Of a stretch of DNA of 64,000 nt, positions 18,478 through 27,791 are shown piece by piece. The stretch is from IMG/VR virus record IMGVR_UViG_3300042896_001274, positions 4,035 through 68,034 of that record, one strand, 5' to 3'. Positions within the stretch are counted from its first letter, which is position 1. Each line of letters starts with the position of its first letter. Made by a program: the position numbers and the translations under genes. Origin of the DNA: a virus. Under the pieces are notes generated by a model. That model was not told where the DNA came from and made no database searches. It saw only the letters and a program-made list of their open reading frames with translations.

Positions 18478-19398
18478 ATGTTCAATCACTCTACAGAATC
18501 TCCAGAAGTCATCATGTACATCGATCAAGCTCACAAGGAAGGAGATCGATACAGATTCATAGGTTGGATTGCCCACCTCACAGAGAAGGTCAGGGGTCTC
18601 AAGGTCGGAGATTCAGAAGTGACTTGCATCTTTACCATGAGAAACGATGTCACGGCAACATATCCCGGACTTCCGTCTCCCTACGTAGGCGTAGAATTTT
18701 CGATAAAGAAAAATTCCCTCAATGCTCCCCTCACTGTCCGCACCGAACCAGGCCACGAATATCAGGTAGGAAAGATGACCAAATGGGCCGTCATGGCCTC
18801 GGGATTCAAGGCCTCGCAAAGAAGTGTGACCGTGGTGGACGGCTTCTACAAAGATCCTGACTTCATCAGGGATTTCGCGATGAACAACCTGACGTTCACA
18901 CCATCAGGGTACCACAAGGGATGCCGAAGTGAAAGGTTCCTATTGAACGGTACGAAGGAGAAACTGGAAGAAATTCTGGGGAGAAAAGTTATCAACTGGA
19001 ACCACCCGCAGTATGCCAATGGAGTCTTTCAGTTCTGTACCAAGGATGACCCCATAGTCTACCACAGCGATACCCAGACCTATGCCGGGGCAGTCTACCT
19101 CACACCTGATGCTCCACTTCGATCAGGAACCTCGACCTACCGGAGCACGACCACAGGTGCAACTCGATTCGACCCAGAAGAGATGAGCTCGGAACGGTTC
19201 AAGACCACGTTCTCGCACGGAGGTTCTGAAGTGAACTTCTACGATAATTCGACCCTAGAGGTCGTCGATTCAATTGCGAACGTCTACAATCGGTTGGTCG
19301 TATGGGACGGTCGGGCAATTCATGCAGGAAACGGTTATTTTGGAACTGACATCGGAAATTCCAGGTTCTTCCAACTTTTCTTTTTCGACCTAGAGTGA
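18478..19398 (+). CDS. 2OG-Fe(II) oxygenase-domain protein
   Basis: HSD...AGAVYLTP...YNRLV.WD...IH...R (HxD..H..R); start after TATAAT-N7. Confidence 0.75.
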   Translation: MFNHSTESPEVIMYIDQAHKEGDRYRFIGWIAHLTEKVRGLKVGDSEVTCIFTMRNDVTATYPGLPSPYVGVEFSIKKNSLNAPLTVRTEPGHEYQVGKMTKWAVMASGFKASQRSVTVVDGFYKDPDFIRDFAMNNLTFTPSGYHKGCRSERFLLNGTKEKLEEILGRKVINWNHPQYANGVFQFCTKDDPIVYHSDTQTYAGAVYLTPDAPLRSGTSTYRSTTTGATRFDPEEMSSERFKTTFSHGGSEVNFYDNSTLEVVDSIANVYNRLVVWDGRAIHAGNGYFGTDIGNSRFFQLFFFDLE

Positions 19399-19980
19399 CG
19401 GCTGCCGGGCATACTTCTTGATGGCACCCTTAGAGATCCGTTCCTGAGGAGGTACGAAGTCCATCTCGAGGATGTCAAAGAAGTCCTGTTCTTCAGGGAT
19501 CCACAGCTGTTCACCGGTCGGCATAGTAGGCATGCAGTCTGTCATCCGACCACCACCGGACAGCTTCTTGAACCTCCCAAAAATTCCAGGAATGAAACCG
19601 TTAAAGGTGCTACCATCCGGACTCGCACCAGATCCGGTCCGCATCATGTACAACCCACCCCAGTTCTGCTGGGTACCAAGGAAGACATCAAGGTTCATCC
19701 CCTCCTCCAACCGAAGGCGGAGGTACTTGGCTTCCACCTTGGGGACCCACGGAACGGCACCAGGAACTCCAGGTTTAATATGCTGACCAATATCACCCAA
19801 CAATTGGATCAATTTTTCTCGATCACCGGGGATGCCACAGATCTCGATGTCACCGACGACCTCTTTTCGACGGCGAATTGAACCGGCCACTTCGACACGG
19901 TCCATCACCGGAGAGATGTGATCACGGACTTTATTCGCAATTGATTCAGCTACACCCAGGTCGATCTTACCGATGCCCAT
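19390..19980 (-). CDS. minimal family X DNA polymerase
   Basis: VAGSIRR....GDIE, LDVF, RTGS, EEQDFF..L...FVPP..R. Confidence 0.85.
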   Translation of the reverse strand: MGIGKIDLGVAESIANKVRDHISPVMDRVEVAGSIRRRKEVVGDIEICGIPGDREKLIQLLGDIGQHIKPGVPGAVPWVPKVEAKYLRLRLEEGMNLDVFLGTQQNWGGLYMMRTGSGASPDGSTFNGFIPGIFGRFKKLSGGGRMTDCMPTMPTGEQLWIPEEQDFFDILEMDFVPPQERISKGAIKKYARQPSL

Positions 19981-20015
19981 GATAAGATCATATCATTTTC
20001 TTGTACAACTTTGCA

Positions 20016-20291
20016 CTAATCCTCTAGCGGAGGATCTTTTTCTTCTGACCCTAGACGGACATATTCTTCTTTGATGTAGTCATCATCGGCCCACGGCATC
20101 TTACGGACCATGTGATCATAGAAGAGAGGATAGTAACCATATTTGGCAAGGATGGTGAGTCGGACAATGTCTTCAGCATTCAACCCGGCTTCTTCATCAT
20201 GTCCCGAATATCGCTGGATGGCCTTTATGGCAGCACCAGCTATGGCTGTTCCAAACAGAAATTTACCGATGGAGCCCAGTTTCACCTTCAA
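20016..20291 (-). CDS. hypothetical protein
   Basis: 91-aa ORF with hydrophobic N-terminus. Confidence 0.5.
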   Translation of the reverse strand: MKVKLGSIGKFLFGTAIAGAAIKAIQRYSGHDEEAGLNAEDIVRLTILAKYGYYPLFYDHMVRKMPWADDDYIKEEYVRLGSEEKDPPLED

Positions 20292-20723
20292 TCACCTATC
20301 GCCGTATAAACTACGTTTCTTGTAGATTCTGTCGATATATTTTTCAGGTCCTATGTCTTCAGGTTCAGAAGGACGCTTGTCTACGTCAGGTTGTGACGGT
20401 GCAGGTTGTGACGGTGTATTCCATAATTCTGCAATTTTGCTTATTAATGCTTCTTTAGGATCACCATCAATTTCGCCACGGATTTTTAATGCCTCAAAAT
20501 CTTTCAGCATACCAGCGTACTTCCAGTCGCCCGATTCTATTGATTGAATTACGGAATGTAAAGATCTACGATTTCTCTTCGCATAATTGACAGTACCTTG
20601 AAGATTTGTCATGATCGTTTCTTTAGAAAGTTCTGTAGGAAGATCTACATTCACGACTTCATTTAAAGACTTTGAAATCTCTTCTTTGATGATCTTGCGA
20701 AGTTGATTGACTGTGATCTTCAT
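20292..20723 (-). CDS. protein with N-terminal MKITVNQLRKIIKEE tag (putative virion-internal protein)
   Basis: Shared tag followed by SLNE; ATATTTA at 20753-20759. Confidence 0.75.
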   Translation of the reverse strand: MKITVNQLRKIIKEEISKSLNEVVNVDLPTELSKETIMTNLQGTVNYAKRNRRSLHSVIQSIESGDWKYAGMLKDFEALKIRGEIDGDPKEALISKIAELWNTPSQPAPSQPDVDKRPSEPEDIGPEKYIDRIYKKRSLYGDR

Positions 20724-20751
20724 GGGTTACCCTTTAATCCAATTACGAATG

Positions 20752-21021
20752 TTAAATATTCGTATTTTGATCATTTCTTAAAACTTTAATTTCCTCAGGT
20801 GTTGAGGGTGGAGGAGCGTCTTGAAGATTTTCAGACAACCCTCCAACTTGTTCAACCAAAAAGTCCAGATGATCCTTAACATATGGCATCCAAGACCACT
20901 CATGACCTATATGAATTTTTGATAAATCATGTGAGGATAATTCAACCAATTTTTGTTTGATTTGTTCTAGAGCCGTGTGGACCGTACTATAAGTGTCGCT
21001 TCGTTGTTCTGGCATAATCAC
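20752..21021 (-). CDS. hypothetical protein
   Basis: Coupled 89-aa ORF. Confidence 0.55.
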   Translation of the reverse strand: MIMPEQRSDTYSTVHTALEQIKQKLVELSSHDLSKIHIGHEWSWMPYVKDHLDFLVEQVGGLSENLQDAPPPSTPEEIKVLRNDQNTNI

Positions 21022-21431
21022 ATTCCTGGAAATGGCATACGAATCTTGGCAACGGTTCCATCAGGAAGAGTTATCATCGCGTCTTCTTCTGATTGTAAGA
21101 CTTCTGAAGATTCAACCTCACGATGAACTTGGATTACATCATCAACGTTATACCATTCTTGAGATTTCTTCACGGTATTTGTAATGATGTTCTCAACAGA
21201 ACGTGTTATTCGTTCGTATAACGTTGTACGAAGAACTTCTACAGAGTCAAAAACTTGGCCGTCTAAATCAGACAGCGACATTGTTTCCCCTTTCTTTCCA
21301 AGTTTAACGATGTATGTTGTCGTTTCTCCACCCAAAGTTCTCTTGGTAATTTCTTCGACGACTTGAACAGGGCAGATCTTCGTCTCACGATTTAATAAAA
21401 CATATAAAACTTGACCAATTTTATAGCTCAT
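21018..21431 (-). CDS. hypothetical protein, SH3/KOW-like N-terminus
   Basis: YKIGQVLYV...PVQVVE; C-terminal ITLPDG. Confidence 0.65.
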   Translation of the reverse strand: MSYKIGQVLYVLLNRETKICPVQVVEEITKRTLGGETTTYIVKLGKKGETMSLSDLDGQVFDSVEVLRTTLYERITRSVENIITNTVKKSQEWYNVDDVIQVHREVESSEVLQSEEDAMITLPDGTVAKIRMPFPGM

Positions 21432-21808
21432 TCTTGTTCCTCATCTGGTAGTTCTAATCCCCTAGGGAAATCTTCATCATCTCCCCCGCCTTCACTCATC
21501 ATCTCAAAAACGCCGAGCTGAGGAGGGGCAGAGATGGTTACAACAAAGTCAGGCGCTTCATCGCCCATAGGAATGTTAGATTCCTCGCACAAACCAGCAA
21601 TCTTATTCCACAGTTTAGATTCAGCCATGTGTCGACCTTGACTAGACGCTATTGCTTGGCTGACCGTGGTTTTCATGTCTGGAGGTAGCATGATTCCAAA
21701 GAGATCTCGAAGATGAACTAGCTCTTGTTTTGAAAGCCTCAACGTAAAGACTTTTTTTGGTTTAAGAACCTCTTCTGTCTCTTTAGATTTGGTTTGAATT
21801 CGACTCAT
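21428..21808 (-). CDS. hypothetical protein
   Basis: 126-aa coupled ORF. Confidence 0.65.
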   Translation of the reverse strand: MSRIQTKSKETEEVLKPKKVFTLRLSKQELVHLRDLFGIMLPPDMKTTVSQAIASSQGRHMAESKLWNKIAGLCEESNIPMGDEAPDFVVTISAPPQLGVFEMMSEGGGDDEDFPRGLELPDEEQE

Positions 21809-22116
21809 GCTTCACCCACGTTTTGAGCTTCACCTGGGGCTGGATCTAGAACCTCTAGGAACAAGTCAAACGTGTCGCGATGAGCAACACCTTGTTGAAT
21901 CTTTACGACCTTCATAGCTGCCTGAAGAACCTTTAGATCTAGCTTCGTTGAATATTCTTCAATGAGATCTTTTCGATCTTCCTTAAGAAGTTCAATCTCG
22001 TTGTCGACGTTACCTACTCGAGTAACAAATTCTTTGACGAGTTTCTTAAGCTCGCCAATCTCATCAGGTTGCATCAAATCTACGTTGTAGCTTTTCTTTG
22101 GTTGTCGCTTTGCCAT
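21805..22116 (-). CDS. GapR / T4 DsbA-like dsDNA-binding protein
   Basis: L...V.EF..R...VDNEIELLKED.KD...E...K.D.K.L coiled-coil pattern. Confidence 0.65.
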   Translation of the reverse strand: MAKRQPKKSYNVDLMQPDEIGELKKLVKEFVTRVGNVDNEIELLKEDRKDLIEEYSTKLDLKVLQAAMKVVKIQQGVAHRDTFDLFLEVLDPAPGEAQNVGEA

Positions 22117-22165
22117 GGTCTAAACTATAACTGCGCGACTACTATATGTTTAGTAAAACCATCAA

Positions 22166-23203
22166 CTACATGTTCGATTTTATTTTTTTGATGATTTCAT
22201 CATAAGCATAAATGAGACTTCCTGGGCCGGAATACACCGACTCAGAAACTCCCGGAAATGCCTGCTTTATTTCTGATATTGCTTGGGCTCTTTCTGCTTC
22301 AACTTTAGAAAGAATTTCTCCAAGCTTCATAGCTTTTGCAGCGGTTAAAACTTCTTCTGGTTTTGCCTTTGGGTCGTTTGTTACTTTTTTAACGATGTCT
22401 GTAGGTAGTTGTCCAAGATCTTCTATCTTTGACGCAGAAACAGTTGCTTTCACTTCTGAATCAACGCGCGAAGCATAATCCATCATTGCTTTCCTAGATT
22501 CTTTCATGGCATCCTTCAACCAAGGATGTTTTTCAATAATCTCTTTAGGATTTAATTCCCGATCTTCTTCGTTTAATAGATTTTTTGAAATAAACAAATT
22601 TTCAGAAGTTTTTTCTTTTTTGTTTTTGTTTTTATCTTTATCTTTATCTTTATCTTTATCTTTATCTTTTTCGCCGTACGCCATCGTGTCGATCTTCTTT
22701 TTTACTTTTTCGATGGCGTCGGGGGCTTTTTCTTTGGCTGCACTAATAATGTTAGAACCTGCCATGAACAATAACGGATTTGTGAAAAATGCCGTGGCTG
22801 CGGCACCAGTTAATCCAGCTTTTGCTACACCGATTAAAGGAGAAAAATCATTAAAGAAAGTTTCTCTAGCATGCTTTATGTCTGCTCCGTGCTTGCTCTC
22901 TATGTTTTTTAAATCGTTTTGATATTCTTGTTTGATTTTATCGTAATTTGCGGAAAGAAGGCCAAGAGTTCCTAACTCTTTTAATGCTCCCCATGAAATT
23001 TTTGCCAAGTTTTTCAAAGATGCAAAAACTTGTTTAGATTTACCAGAAATGACACTTGCGAGTCTTCTTGTAGGTTCGCTGACTGCTCTTTTTAAAGCGG
23101 CACCCATCGCTCCAGGAGGAGCATATTCAAGAACTAATGCTTCTCTAACATATTCGCGGATAAGTTCTTCTTGTTTAAATTCACTTTTCATTGTGACCTT
23201 CAT
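22166..23203 (-). CDS. helical protein with LIREYVRE-type N-terminal helix (putative virion-internal protein)
   Basis: EELIREYVREALVLE; ATACTTA at 23213-23219; central hydrophobic segment. Confidence 0.7.
   Translation of the reverse strand: MKVTMKSEFKQEELIREYVREALVLEYAPPGAMGAALKRAVSEPTRRLASVISGKSKQVFASLKNLAKISWGALKELGTLGLLSANYDKIKQEYQNDLKNIESKHGADIKHARETFFNDFSPLIGVAKAGLTGAAATAFFTNPLLFMAGSNIISAAKEKAPDAIEKVKKKIDTMAYGEKDKDKDKDKDKDKNKNKKEKTSENLFISKNLLNEEDRELNPKEIIEKHPWLKDAMKESRKAMMDYASRVDSEVKATVSASKIEDLGQLPTDIVKKVTNDPKAKPEEVLTAAKAMKLGEILSKVEAERAQAISEIKQAFPGVSESVYSGPGSLIYAYDEIIKKIKSNM
22631..22666. repeat. (TTTATC)6 hexamer microsatellite encoding Asp-Lys repeats
   Basis: Six exact copies, in frame. 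Confidence 0.9.
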
Positions 23204-23438
23204 TGCGACCAATAAGTATGGGGTAAATTCCTGTCTTTTGATGCCATTTTTCTGCGACAATTTTCTCAAACGTGTTCATCTGCTGAACCTTTGTGACAGG
23301 ATCCCTTGTAGAAAAATACATCCGATCTGCAGGAGTTAATGTCTTCAACAACTCTTTTTTAATGACCATCCAATCGGTCGTTTGGCCGACATAGCTGGAT
23401 ACCATTTCTATTGCTTCATCGATGATCTTCTTATTCAC
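23181..23438 (-). CDS. hypothetical protein
   Basis: 85-aa ORF coupled to the NUDIX gene. Confidence 0.55.
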   Translation of the reverse strand: MNKKIIDEAIEMVSSYVGQTTDWMVIKKELLKTLTPADRMYFSTRDPVTKVQQMNTFEKIVAEKWHQKTGIYPILIGRNEGHNEK

Positions 23439-23853
23439 CGACGTAACCTCCCAAAATCAAACATGCCGCATCAAGGATCGGACGTTGATAAACGTAAATG
23501 GGTGGTAAGCTATCAATGTCAAACCACTTAACGTCAACGACTTCGCTTGCCATGTGATCACAGCGAGGCTCAGAATCGCATGTCTGAATTGCCAGATAAG
23601 GAACAACAATCTTTTTATAAGAATTTTTTTCTAAGGTAACGTGAGGCAATCTGGTTATGACTTTTATGTCTAACCCTGTTTCTTCTTTGACCTCACGGCA
23701 GGCGGTGGTGATGTAGTTTTCCCCACGTTCCATGTGTCCCTTAGGAATTCCCCATCCAGGATTATTTCCATTCTGCTTTACCAACAATACCCATGTGCTG
23801 CCTTGATCTTTTTTATAGACCACCGCACCGCAAGATATCGTTGATTTAGGCAT
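23431..23853 (-). CDS. NUDIX hydrolase
   Basis: PKGHMERGE....ACREVKEETG Nudix box; start at MPKST. Confidence 0.92.
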   Translation of the reverse strand: MPKSTISCGAVVYKKDQGSTWVLLVKQNGNNPGWGIPKGHMERGENYITTACREVKEETGLDIKVITRLPHVTLEKNSYKKIVVPYLAIQTCDSEPRCDHMASEVVDVKWFDIDSLPPIYVYQRPILDAACLILGGYVGE

Positions 23854-23899
23854 AGACTGAAAATTATTATTATTTTGAAATAAATATAGGTTTATAGAT

Positions 23900-24517
23900 A
23901 TGGACGTGCACAAAACAATCGCTCTCATACCACTCGCGGCCAAACCTTATCATGCTGGACATGATGGATTGGTAAGAATCGCATCATCTGAAAATGATGA
24001 AGTTCATCTTTTCGTATCCATTTCCGACAGAGCACGAACAGGTGAAATGAAAATCGATGGCGAAACTATGTTCATGATATGGAAAGATTACATAGAAGAC
24101 ACACTTCCAGACAATGTTAAGTCCTTTATAGATTACACTGTCACCGCTCCGGTCAGCAAAGTCTATAATGAACTTGAAAATGCTGAATCGCAAGGGTCAC
24201 AAGACGTATACACGATTTATTCTGATGTTGATGACATCAGAAAATACACAGATGAAATGTTGTCAAAGGTCGCTCCAACGCTTTTCTCTAAAGGTCAGAT
24301 ACAAAGACGAGGAATAGAAAGAACAGAGACCGTTGATGTGAGCGGTACCGAAATGAGAGAATTCATAGAAGATGGTGACATCGTAGGATTCACTGCGCTG
24401 TTGCCACCTGCTATCCAACAACACGGCAAAGAGATTTTTGATCTTTTAGTAGACGATGTTGTCGGAGAATCTGTTTTACGAAGATATATTAGAAGCTCTT
24501 TAAAGTTCGTATTGTAG
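23900..24517 (+). CDS. HIGH-family nucleotidyltransferase (cytidylyltransferase-like)
   Basis: KPYHAGH and VSGTEMR motifs; C-terminal ESVLRRYIR helix. Confidence 0.75.
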   Translation: MDVHKTIALIPLAAKPYHAGHDGLVRIASSENDEVHLFVSISDRARTGEMKIDGETMFMIWKDYIEDTLPDNVKSFIDYTVTAPVSKVYNELENAESQGSQDVYTIYSDVDDIRKYTDEMLSKVAPTLFSKGQIQRRGIERTETVDVSGTEMREFIEDGDIVGFTALLPPAIQQHGKEIFDLLVDDVVGESVLRRYIRSSLKFVL

Positions 24518-24575
24518 ATTTTACAATACCCGATTAAATTGAATTTTTCAGTTGCTTACAACAATAGGTGGTTCT

Positions 24576-25826
24576 ATGAAGGATAGATTTGCAAACATCA
24601 AGAGAAACTATACGGACGCAGACGTTTCACGCCTCAAAGGCAAGACCAAGATTGAACATACATTGGCTAAGATCGGTGCAGAAAGATTCTGGAAGCTGAT
24701 CAATGAAAGGCCATACGTTCATGCACTCGGCGCTTCAACTGGTGCTATGGCGGTACAACAAGTCAAGGCAGGTTTAGAGGCTATCTATCTATCGGGGTGG
24801 CAGGTTGCCGCAGATGCAAATCTATCTGGTAACACATATCCTGATCAGAGCCTATATCCTGCAAATAGCGTTCCTGCCATCGTTCGTAGGATTAATAGTG
24901 CTCTTCTACGTTCAGAACAAATCGATCACGCAGAAAATCCAGACAACGATAAACATTGGATGGCACCAATCGTTGCAGATGCAGAGGCAGGCTTTGGCGG
25001 ACCTCTAAACGCATATGAATTGATGAAAGCCATGATTGAATCCGGCGCCGCGGCGGTCCATTGGGAAGACCAACTTGCGTCAGAAAAGAAGTGCGGTCAT
25101 CTAGGTGGAAAGGTTCTGGTTCCAACTTCACAGTTCATTCGTACTCTTACAGCAGCTCGACTTGCAGCTGACGTCTGTGACGTTCCAACCGTGATCATCG
25201 CTAGGACTGATGCAGAGTCCGCTAGATTGATCACTTCCGATGTTGATCAAAGAGATCATGAATTCATCGATCATGAAGCCGGCCGAACTGCAGAAGGTTA
25301 TTATCACCTCAAAGGAGACGATCTTGGGCGTTGCATCGCTCGTGGCTTGGCATACGCCCCCTTTGCGGACATGATATGGATGGAAACTTCAACGCCAGAC
25401 CTTGAACAGGCTCGCAAGTTTGCTGAAGGAATTCACAAACAATTCCCAGGAAAGCTATTAGCATACAACTGTTCTCCTTCATTCAATTGGAAGAAGAAGC
25501 TTGATCAAGAAACTATTGCAAAGTTTCAACGTGAACTTGGAGCAATGGGTTACAAATTCCAATTCGTGACATTGGCTGGATTTCATTCACTAAATCATGG
25601 AATGTTTGAATTGGCACGTAATTATAGAGATCGTGGCATGGCGGCATACTCTGAACTTCAACAAGCTGAATTTGATTCTGAACAGCACGGGTACACGGCT
25701 ACCCGGCATCAACGTGAAGTTGGTACAGGATATTTTGATGAAGTTACCAAGGTTATTGCCGAAGGTGTTTCATCAACATTAGCTTTAGAGAATTCTACTG
25801 AAGCACAACAGTTCGATGAAGTCTGA
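24576..25826 (+). CDS. aceA: isocitrate lyase
   Basis: [30 protein letters not shown] signature, [14 protein letters not shown]. Confidence 0.97.
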   Translation: MKDRFANIKRNYTDADVSRLKGKTKIEHTLAKIGAERFWKLINERPYVHALGASTGAMAVQQVKAGLEAIYLSGWQVAADANLSGNTYPDQSLYPANSVPAIVRRINSALLRSEQIDHAENPDNDKHWMAPIVADAEAGFGGPLNAYELMKAMIESGAAAVHWEDQLASEKKCGHLGGKVLVPTSQFIRTLTAARLAADVCDVPTVIIARTDAESARLITSDVDQRDHEFIDHEAGRTAEGYYHLKGDDLGRCIARGLAYAPFADMIWMETSTPDLEQARKFAEGIHKQFPGKLLAYNCSPSFNWKKKLDQETIAKFQRELGAMGYKFQFVTLAGFHSLNHGMFELARNYRDRGMAAYSELQQAEFDSEQHGYTATRHQREVGTGYFDEVTKVIAEGVSSTLALENSTEAQQFDEV

Positions 25827-25838
25827 GAAAGGACAATT

Positions 25839-26078
25839 ATGAAACTCATTAGAGTTATTGCAAAAGTTGCATATTTTCTTTCGTGGGGGCTCTGTATCCT
25901 ACCAGCTGCACCTCCGCAAGAAGAAAAGCCACATGAGCAAGTAGATGAACATATCGAAAAAGATCATCAGTTAACTGAAGAAGATATCGATGAAGGTGTG
26001 TGCGAGTTTCCTTTGCAACAAGGCATCTTGAAAGATCGTGAAAGTAATCATGAAGACTATGATTCTGGTGATCATTAA
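25839..26078 (+). CDS. hypothetical acidic protein
   Basis: Signal-like N-terminus; AAGGA Shine-Dalgarno. Confidence 0.5.
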   Translation: MKLIRVIAKVAYFLSWGLCILPAAPPQEEKPHEQVDEHIEKDHQLTEEDIDEGVCEFPLQQGILKDRESNHEDYDSGDH

Positions 26079-26164
26079 GCCATAGTTCTTATACATAACT
26101 CTAAGAATTAAAGGTCATGAATTCTTTCGGTATAAAATAATGTATTATTCCGAAAGTTTTATTC

Positions 26165-26410
26165 ATGACCTTTTCTTTAGGCGAAATTGTAGTAAGCGAT
26201 TTTTCTGGTATGAGCCGCCAGATGTATACAATGGGAAACCAAGGTCCACAAAAAAGTAAACAAGAAAATGATAATCTTTTGAACATAAAAGATGTCGGAA
26301 TCGTTGTTGACGTTTATAACGAAGGGGCCAGGGGATTCACCTGGATTAAATTGTTGACATCAACAGGTTCAATTGGGTACATTCCGTCCATATGGGTCAA
26401 AAAAATTTAG
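26165..26410 (+). CDS. xPGD-like SH3-fold small protein
   Basis: FSLGEIVV...VGIVV...WIKLLTSTG.IGY. Confidence 0.65.
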   Translation: MTFSLGEIVVSDFSGMSRQMYTMGNQGPQKSKQENDNLLNIKDVGIVVDVYNEGARGFTWIKLLTSTGSIGYIPSIWVKKI

Positions 26411-26449
26411 GATTTTTTGATAATATTTAAACCGGGCGTAGGTGCCGTC

Positions 26450-26632
26450 ATGACGAACAAACGCGAGTCTCTAGTTGAAGAGATCAATCTTCTCAATGAA
26501 CGTATCCGTCAATTACGAAGCATTGGAAAAGATTGTTCTAAAGAAACACAAGAATTAATAAAATTGATCATAGAGTTAGATAATTTAGAACAGGATAAGG
26601 AAATCAAGGAATACGACGAAGACGGTTCGTGA
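26450..26632 (+). CDS. small coiled-coil protein
   Basis: MTNKRESLVEEI.LLNE; may also carry LxE sites. Confidence 0.5.
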   Translation: MTNKRESLVEEINLLNERIRQLRSIGKDCSKETQELIKLIIELDNLEQDKEIKEYDEDGS

Positions 26633-26907
26633 AAAATCCACACAAAATTCCAAATCCAGGAGATCTTGTGATGTTATACAACATCGGCAAGTCTACTTCA
26701 CTTGTCATTTGGGCATCATGGAGTGACCATCATGATGAATCTAAAGATGAATTCTGGCCTAAGATTATAGGCGAACTTAGAGAAAATGAAACTGCGCTGG
26801 TGTTTGAAATTTTATATCCCCCAAAGGGACCAATAGGGGCAAGAATCTGTACGGAAAGAAATATAGTAGGGTGGATCAGCGCAAAACATCTTCGTAGCGT
26901 AACTTAA
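26629..26907 (+). CDS. xPGD-motif SH3-fold small protein
   Basis: PNPGDLVML...ALVF...IVGWI. Confidence 0.7.
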   Translation: MKNPHKIPNPGDLVMLYNIGKSTSLVIWASWSDHHDESKDEFWPKIIGELRENETALVFEILYPPKGPIGARICTERNIVGWISAKHLRSVT

Positions 26908-26949
26908 TGAATATACAAACTAATTCTGAGGTTGTAGGTTTAATGTACC

Positions 26950-27513
26950 ATGTCAGAATTAGAAAGACCAGCACCACGTAACCTGTTCCTTGCACAACAA
27001 GTTGATCAGGATTCAATGAACCACCTTTCACGAGCAATTGTGGAAATCAGAGAGCACGATGAGTATCTAAAGAAACTCTATGCTCTTTATCACCTGAAGT
27101 ATGATCCACAACCCATCGTAATCTACATTGATTCATACGGTGGTGCGGTATATCAGTGCTTCGGTCTACTTTCAATCATGAAGGACAAGGGAACTCCAGT
27201 GAACACAATCGTCACCGGTTGTGCAATGTCGTGTGGATTCATGATTGCAATTCACGGAAATCACAGAACTGCTCACAAACATGCAACTCTCATGTATCAC
27301 CAGGTAAGCACTGGCGCTCGAGGTAAAGTTGCAGACGTTGAGGAGGACATCCTTGAGGCCAAGAGGCTCCAGAAGGTGATTGAGGAAATGACCTTGGAGA
27401 CAACAAAGATCACCAAGGATAAACTGGATAAGGTCTATAAAAAGAAGCAAGATTGGTACATGGATGCCAAGGATGCCCTTAAATGGGGCTGCGTTGATGT
27501 AATTGTGACGTGA
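26950..27513 (+). CDS. clpP: ATP-dependent Clp protease proteolytic subunit-like
   Basis: YIDSYGG.V, GCAMSCG (Ser), MYHQ (His), DWYM.A..A...G..D. Confidence 0.85.
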   Translation: MSELERPAPRNLFLAQQVDQDSMNHLSRAIVEIREHDEYLKKLYALYHLKYDPQPIVIYIDSYGGAVYQCFGLLSIMKDKGTPVNTIVTGCAMSCGFMIAIHGNHRTAHKHATLMYHQVSTGARGKVADVEEDILEAKRLQKVIEEMTLETTKITKDKLDKVYKKKQDWYMDAKDALKWGCVDVIVT

Positions 27514-27770
27514 TGAATCAGTCAGCCAAGTATAAGCTTGGAAGCCTGATTGCTGTCGACAAAGGCAGAAAATTCCCGGTCGTTCTTAGGGACGGACCGG
27601 GATATACTTTTTCTAGGGTCGAAACAATAGAACCAGGAGAAATAGGAATTGTTCTTGGTTCAATGATCGGTCATGGAATGATTTGGTGGATCCTCATTCA
27701 TGTTGCAGTCAGAGAAAAAGCGGGATGGATTCCAGAGGGTTTGATCTATCATACAATAAACCGTCATTGA
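27510..27770 (+). CDS. xPGD-like SH3-fold small protein
   Basis: YKLGSLIAV...IGIVL...KAGWI. Confidence 0.65.
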   Translation: MMNQSAKYKLGSLIAVDKGRKFPVVLRDGPGYTFSRVETIEPGEIGIVLGSMIGHGMIWWILIHVAVREKAGWIPEGLIYHTINRH

Positions 27771-27791
27771 AAACAGTAGTAATATATTTTC

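Noticed and set aside
18478-19398. TET/JBP-type DNA base oxygenase contributing to the cytosine modification
   Set aside because: The motif layout resembles generic phage 2OG-Fe(II) hydroxylases, no DNA methyltransferase is adjacent, and the gene is 20 kb from the modification cluster.
22631-22666. Phase-variation switch at (TTTATC)6
   Set aside because: The unit length is a multiple of three, so slippage changes only the length of a Asp-Lys linker, not the reading frame.
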